Shown in pieces: positions 57,531 through 62,666 of a stretch of DNA of 62,666 bases. The notes below the pieces were generated by a model. It did not search any database, had not been told where the DNA came from, and saw nothing but the letters and a program-made list of their open reading frames with translations. Source of the stretch: Cyanophora paradoxa CCMP329. Its lineage: Eukaryota > Plantae > Glaucophyta. The first letter of the stretch is position 1, and every line of letters begins with the position of its first letter. The stretch lies in contig QPMI01000329.1 in assembly GCA_004431415.1 (NCBI GenBank), forward strand, positions 1 through 62,666, read 5' to 3'. The position numbers and the translations under genes are program-made.

Positions 57531-58365
57531 CCAGAGCACTCTGGCAGGTTCGCATGACAGGGAGGGGTGTTAGTTTTCTAGTTTCGAGGTTGGGTTCTGG
57601 GCTGCCCCCATTGCCCGACGAAATCTCACAGGGGTCCCCACCCACACCAAACAGCAGGAAGGGAGCGCTGGGATTCGCCAGAGCACTCTGGCAGGTTTGC
57701 ATGATAGGGAGGGGTGTTAGGTTTCTAGTTTCGAGGTTGGGTTCGGGGCTGCCCCCATCGCCCCCCGAAATCTCACAGGGTCCCCACCCACACAAAACAG
57801 CAGGCAGGGAGCGCTGGGATTCGCCAGAGCACTCTGGCAGGTTTGCCTGATAGGGAGGGGTGTTAGTTTTCTAGTTTCCAGGTTGGGTTCGGGGCTGCCC
57901 CCATTGCCCCCCAAAATCTGACAGGGATCCCCACCAACACGAAACAGCAGGCAGGTAGTGCTGGGATTTGCCAGAGCACTCTGGCAGGTTTGCATGATAG
58001 GGAGGGGTGTAAGGTTTCTAGTTTCGGGGTTGGGTGCGGGGCTGCCACCATCGCCCCCCGAAATCTGACAGGGGTCCCCACCCACACGAAACAGCAGGCA
58101 GGGAGCGCTGGGATTCGCCAGAGCACTCTGGCAGATTTGCATGATAGGGAGGGGTGTTAGTTTTCTACTTTCAGGGTTGGGTTCGGGGCTGCCCCCATCA
58201 CCCCCCGAAATCTCACAGGGGTCCCCACCCACACGAAACAGCAGGCAGGGAGTGCTGGGATTCGCCAGAGCACTCTGGCTGGTTTGCATGATAGGGAGGG
58301 GTGTTGGTTTTCTAGTTTCAAGGTTGGGTTCGGGGCTGCCCCCATCACCCCCCAAAATCTCACAG
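57527..58365 (-). repeat. 147-bp satellite, about 5.7 monomers
   Basis: Monomer match. Confidence 0.95.
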
Positions 58366-59504
58366 GACACATCGGAAATGCGGCTTGTAGTTGATTATAG
58401 AAATTTGAATGCAGCAACCAAGAAAAATGTTTATCCATTGCCTAATATACAAGATATGCTGGATGCTTTGCAAGGAAGTCAATTCTTTTCAAACATGGAT
58501 CTTGCCACTGGATTTTGGCAGGTTAAGATGAAACAATCTGACCGTGAGAAAACAGCTTTTAAAACGCCTTTTGGCTTGTTTGAAATGAAGGTTATGCCCA
58601 TGGGACTTACAAATGCTCCTCCCACATTCCAGTCTATCATGGAAAATATGTTCAATGATTATCTTTGGATGTTTGTGCTCGTTTTCATTGATGATCTCAT
58701 CACATATTCCAAGACTTTTGAAGACCACTGCAGGGATTTGCAACTCACATTCAACAGACTCCGTGCTAACAATGCGAAGCTTAAGCCTAATAAATGCCAC
58801 TTCTTTAAAACAGAACTCAAATTTCTTGGACATATTGTAGATAGAAATGGAAGGCGTCCTGACCCAGCAAAACTAGATGCGATTGAAAAGGTCGCCATTC
58901 CTACGAATGCAACTGAACTACGATCGTTTTTAGGGTCGTGCAACTATTATAGGGACAATGTTGACAGATTTTCCATCATTACTTCTCGTTTATATGATTT
59001 GATACAGAAGGATGTGCCATTTCATTGGACAGACACGCACACTCATGATTTTACAACGCTTAAGAGTGAATTACTCAAAGCTGTGGTTCTTCACTATCCA
59101 GATTTTAACAAAAGTTTTGTAATTGAAACTGATGCCTGTGAATTAGGTGCTTCTGGAATTCTTTCACAAGAGCATGATGGAATTCTCAAACCTGTTTGTT
59201 TTTATAGTCGCAAATGGCGAGGTTCTGAACGCCAAATGCCTCCTTCCGAAGGTGAGTGTGCAGCTCTCGTCGATTGTCTTACTCAGTGGAGTCACTACCT
59301 TCTGGGAGCACCAAAATCTACTGTGTACACAGATTGTGAAGCCCTGGAATGGCTTCTCAACAGGAAACCTGGAAAAGGGAAGCTTGCACGTTGGGCTGCT
59401 CTGATTCAACAATATGATATTGAAATAAAGCACAGAAAAGGATCTTTGAACCGTGCTGATGGATTCTCAAGAGTACCTGTTGAACCAACATCCCACATCT
59501 ATGC
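58366..59504 (+). mobile_element. Family 1-related RT-RNase H fragment
   Basis: RLVVDYRNLN, DLATGFWQ, FIDD, IETDAC, YTDCEAL, RADGFSR. A diverged paralog of 22490-23333. Confidence 0.92.
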
Positions 59505-59650
59505 AAATCTCACAGGGGTCCCCACCCACATGAAACAGCAGGAATGGAGCGCTGGGATTTGCCAGAGCATTCTGGCAGGTTTGCATGATGGGGAGGGGTG
59601 TGAGTTTTCTAGTTTCAAGGTTGGGTTCAGGGCTGCCCCAATCGCCCCCT

Positions 59651-60538
59651 GATTGCAGCTGCTTGGCGATGCAATTGAACTTCGAGAGGCATCTTTTTTC
59701 GAGCGAACTGAACGTGTCTTCACCGCTGCTGTGGTGCATTTGTAGCCACTTCCTCCACGTTTGTCCCACTTGTGCTTTGTAGATGGACATTGGAGTCCAA
59801 GATGAACACAGCATCAATGGCCTTATTGAGCTGGTTTTTTGAACACGTCTCTGTATTCTATATGAAATCACTGACTCCTCTGTAGACAAAGACTTATGAT
59901 GTGATCGAATTGGTAGCAACTGAAAAGCGTTTTTTCTTTCGAGACCGTAGTACTGTGAGTCAAGGCAATCATGCTCTCACATTTTCTAATGGCCTGCTCA
60001 GATGATCAAGGTTTTGGGACTTCTACCATCTGGCATCTCCTGCTGCCCCACCCTGACGAAAGCCCTGTCGTTGCTCAAGCTCACATGGCCTTTTGGCAAT
60101 GGCTGTAGAAATCTATCTTCTCTTTCAACCCCTGATGAGGATGTACCCTGTATCTGATATGTATCTGACGGTGGTCTTATTGAGGACCTAGTTTGGTGCC
60201 TGTCGAGCCAGTTCACAGTCATACAATAGTTTACTAAAAACCGGCCTCTTCCTAATGCCGGCCTGGGGTATTCCCGATCGATATCCCGTTCACGTTTGTA
60301 AATCCTAATTGCAGTGATATAGAGAGAAAAGTTAGAGAGCTTTGCCATCAGCATCATCAGCACAGTCAATGAGCACCACAGGAGAACCTGAATCATCACT
60401 GAAAACCGGAAGGTCAGCAGGAGAGAAACGATGCAAACGGTTTAACTGAATATAATTTATAATAGCACTTTTTGACATTTGGCCACCTTTATCCAAAGTC
60501 CTACCTGAACCGAAAATCTACCCACTTTTGCCCACTTC
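59651..60538. other. Unassigned unique insert between satellite blocks
   Basis: Non-satellite; no motif recognised in any frame. Confidence 0.4.
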
Positions 60539-61490
60539 TGGGGACCCCTGTAAGATTTCGGGGGGCGATGGTGGCAGCCCCGAACCCAACCCCGAAACTA
60601 GAAAACTTACACCCCTCCCTATCATGCAAACCTGCCAGAGTGCTCTGGCAAATCCCAGCACTCCCTGCCTGCTGTTTCCTGTGGGTGGGGACCCCTGTGA
60701 GATTTCAGGGGGTGATGGGGGCAGCCCCGAACCCAACCCCGAAACTAGAAAACTAACACCCCTCCCTATCATGCAAATTTGCCAGGGTGCTCTGGCGAAT
60801 CCCAGCGCTCCCTGCCTGCTGTTTCGTGTGGGTGGGGACTGTGAGATTTCAGGGGGTGATGGGGGCAGCCCCGAACCCAACCTGGAAACTAGAAAACTTA
60901 CACCCCTCCCTATCATGCAAACCTGCCAGAGTGCTCTGGCAAATCCCAGCGCTCCCTGCCTGCTGTTTCGTGTGGGTGGGGACCCCTGTGAGATTTCGGG
61001 GGGTGATGGGGGCAGCCCTGTGAGATTTCAGGGGGCGGTCGGGGCAGCCCCGAACCCAACCTCGAAACTAGAAAACTCACACCCCTCCCTTTCATGCAAA
61101 CCTGCCAGAGTGCTCTGGCGAATCCCAGCGCTCCCCGCCTGCTGTTTCGTGTGGGTGGGGACCCCTGTGAGATTTCAGGGGGCCACCCACACGAAACAGC
61201 AGGAAGGGAGCCCTGGGATTCGCCCCAGCACTCTGGCAGGTTTGCATGATAGGGAGGGGTGTTAGTTTTCTAGGTTCGAGGTTGGGTTCGGGGCTGCCCC
61301 GATCGCCCCCCGAAATCTCACAGGGGTCCCCACCCACACGAAACAGCAGGCAGGGGGCGCTGGGATCCGCCAGAGCACTCTGGCAGGTTTGCATGATAGG
61401 GAGGGGTGTGAGTTTTCTAGTTTTGAGGTTGGGTTCGGGGCTGCCCCCATCGCCCCCCGAAATCTCACAGGGGTCCCCACCCACATGAAA
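60539..61490. repeat. 147-bp satellite, plus to about 61182 then minus
   Basis: Monomer match with a fold-back junction. Confidence 0.93.
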
Positions 61491-61654
61491 CGGCTTAGTC
61501 ATTTTCAGTAGCGCGTTCAGAGGGGCTGAATCGAACGGGGCGCGCCCACACCAGTGTAGCGCTAGGGGTGGAGCTCTTGTGAAGGGTGGGTGTAGACATG
61601 GTCCGGACCGGTACGCGCGAAAGGTCAATATTTATTGCGAGCCAGCTAGCTGCT

Positions 61655-62666
61655 GGTGGGTGGGTCATCTTCCCACGGCTAGCGCCTTGTGCATATTCCC
61701 CCAGAGAGATTTGGGGTGCATCTTTCTTCTATTTTGTGGCAGATGAGAAACCTGCGGCCTCCGACTGGTTGACTTGCTGGTGGGTGGGTCATCTGCCTAA
61801 GGCTAGCGCCTTCTGCCCAGGTTTCCGATCTGCCACAAAATAGAAGAAGATGCACCCCAAATCTCTCTGGGGGAATATGCCCAAGGCGCTAGCCTTAGGC
61901 AGATGACCCACCCTCCAGCAAGTCACCAAGTCAGAGGCCGCAGTTTTCTCATCTGCCACAAAAAAGAAGAAAGATGCACCCCAAATCTCTCTGGGGGAAT
62001 ATGCACAAGGCGCTAGCCTTAGGCAGATGACCCACCCACCCACAAGTCACTTAATCAAAAGCCCCAGGTTTCCAATCTGCCACAAAATAGAAGAAGGATG
62101 CACCCCAAATCTCTCTGGGGGAATATGCACAAGGCTCTAGCCTTAGGCAGATGACCCACCAACCAGCAAGTCACTCAGTCGAAGGCCCCAGGTTTCCGAT
62201 CTGCCACAAAATAGAAGAAAGATGCACTCCAAATCTCTCTGGGGGAATATGCACAAGGCGCTAGCCTTAGGCAGATGACCCACCAACCAGCAAGTCACTC
62301 AGTCAAAGGCCCCAGGTTTCCGATCTGCCACAAAATAGAAGAAAGATGCACTTCAAATCTCTCTGGGGGAATATGCACAAGGCGCTAGCCTTAGGCAGAT
62401 GACCCACCCTCCAGCAAGTCACCCAGTCGGAGGCCGCAGGTTTCTCATCTGCCACAAAAAAGAAGAAAGATGCACCCCAAATCTCTCTGGGGGAATATGC
62501 ACAAGGCGCTAGCCTTAGGCAGATGACCCACCAACCAGCAAGTCACTCAGTCGAAGGCCCCAGGTTTCCGATCTGCCACAAAATAGAAGAAAGATGCACC
62601 CCAAATCTCTCTGGGGGAATATGCACAAGGCGCTAGCCTTAGGCAGATGACCCACCACCAGCAAGT
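61655..62666. repeat. Second satellite family, 124-bp unit; first 1.3 units or so inverted (to about 61812), then head-to-tail to the window end
   Basis: atctctctggggg at 61861, 61985, 62109, 62233, 62357, 62481, 62605 (124-bp spacing). Confidence 0.95.

Noticed and set aside
20092-61490. CRISPR array
   Set aside because: The repeats are 147-bp tandem monomers, the inserts are 0.1-7 kb and irregular, there are no cas genes, and the context is eukaryotic. The resemblance is only an analogy.

Overview
Eukaryotic heterochromatin-like window built on a GC-rich 147-bp satellite. Positions 1-8229 are a homogeneous head-to-tail array. An apparently complete 11.6-kb Polinton/Maverick-like endogenous DNA virus (8230-19844) is inserted into it, with 309-bp TIRs, AG...CT ends and a 6-bp TSD (TGGGGA). 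It encodes an rve integrase, a 1361-aa protein that appears to fuse a protease-like domain, PolB, an SF1 helicase and an HNH-like domain, minor and major capsid proteins, and an A32-type packaging ATPase. From about 20 kb to 61.5 kb the satellite is broken into blocks of alternating orientation, including higher-order repeats that contain inversion junctions. These blocks are interleaved with 0.1-7 kb mostly truncated fragments: at least two Ty3/Gypsy families, a LINE piece, genes of other viruses (a second A32 ATPase and an S74-chaperone fibre gene cluster), an intron-containing GC-rich gene and a GT7 galactosyltransferase. A second, 124-bp satellite starts at about 61.65 kb. Nearly all short ORFs in the track are translations of the satellite and are not genes. 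Scattered homopolymer indels suggest long-read error, so single frameshifts are uncertain. All calls are by-eye motif recognition; no searches were run.
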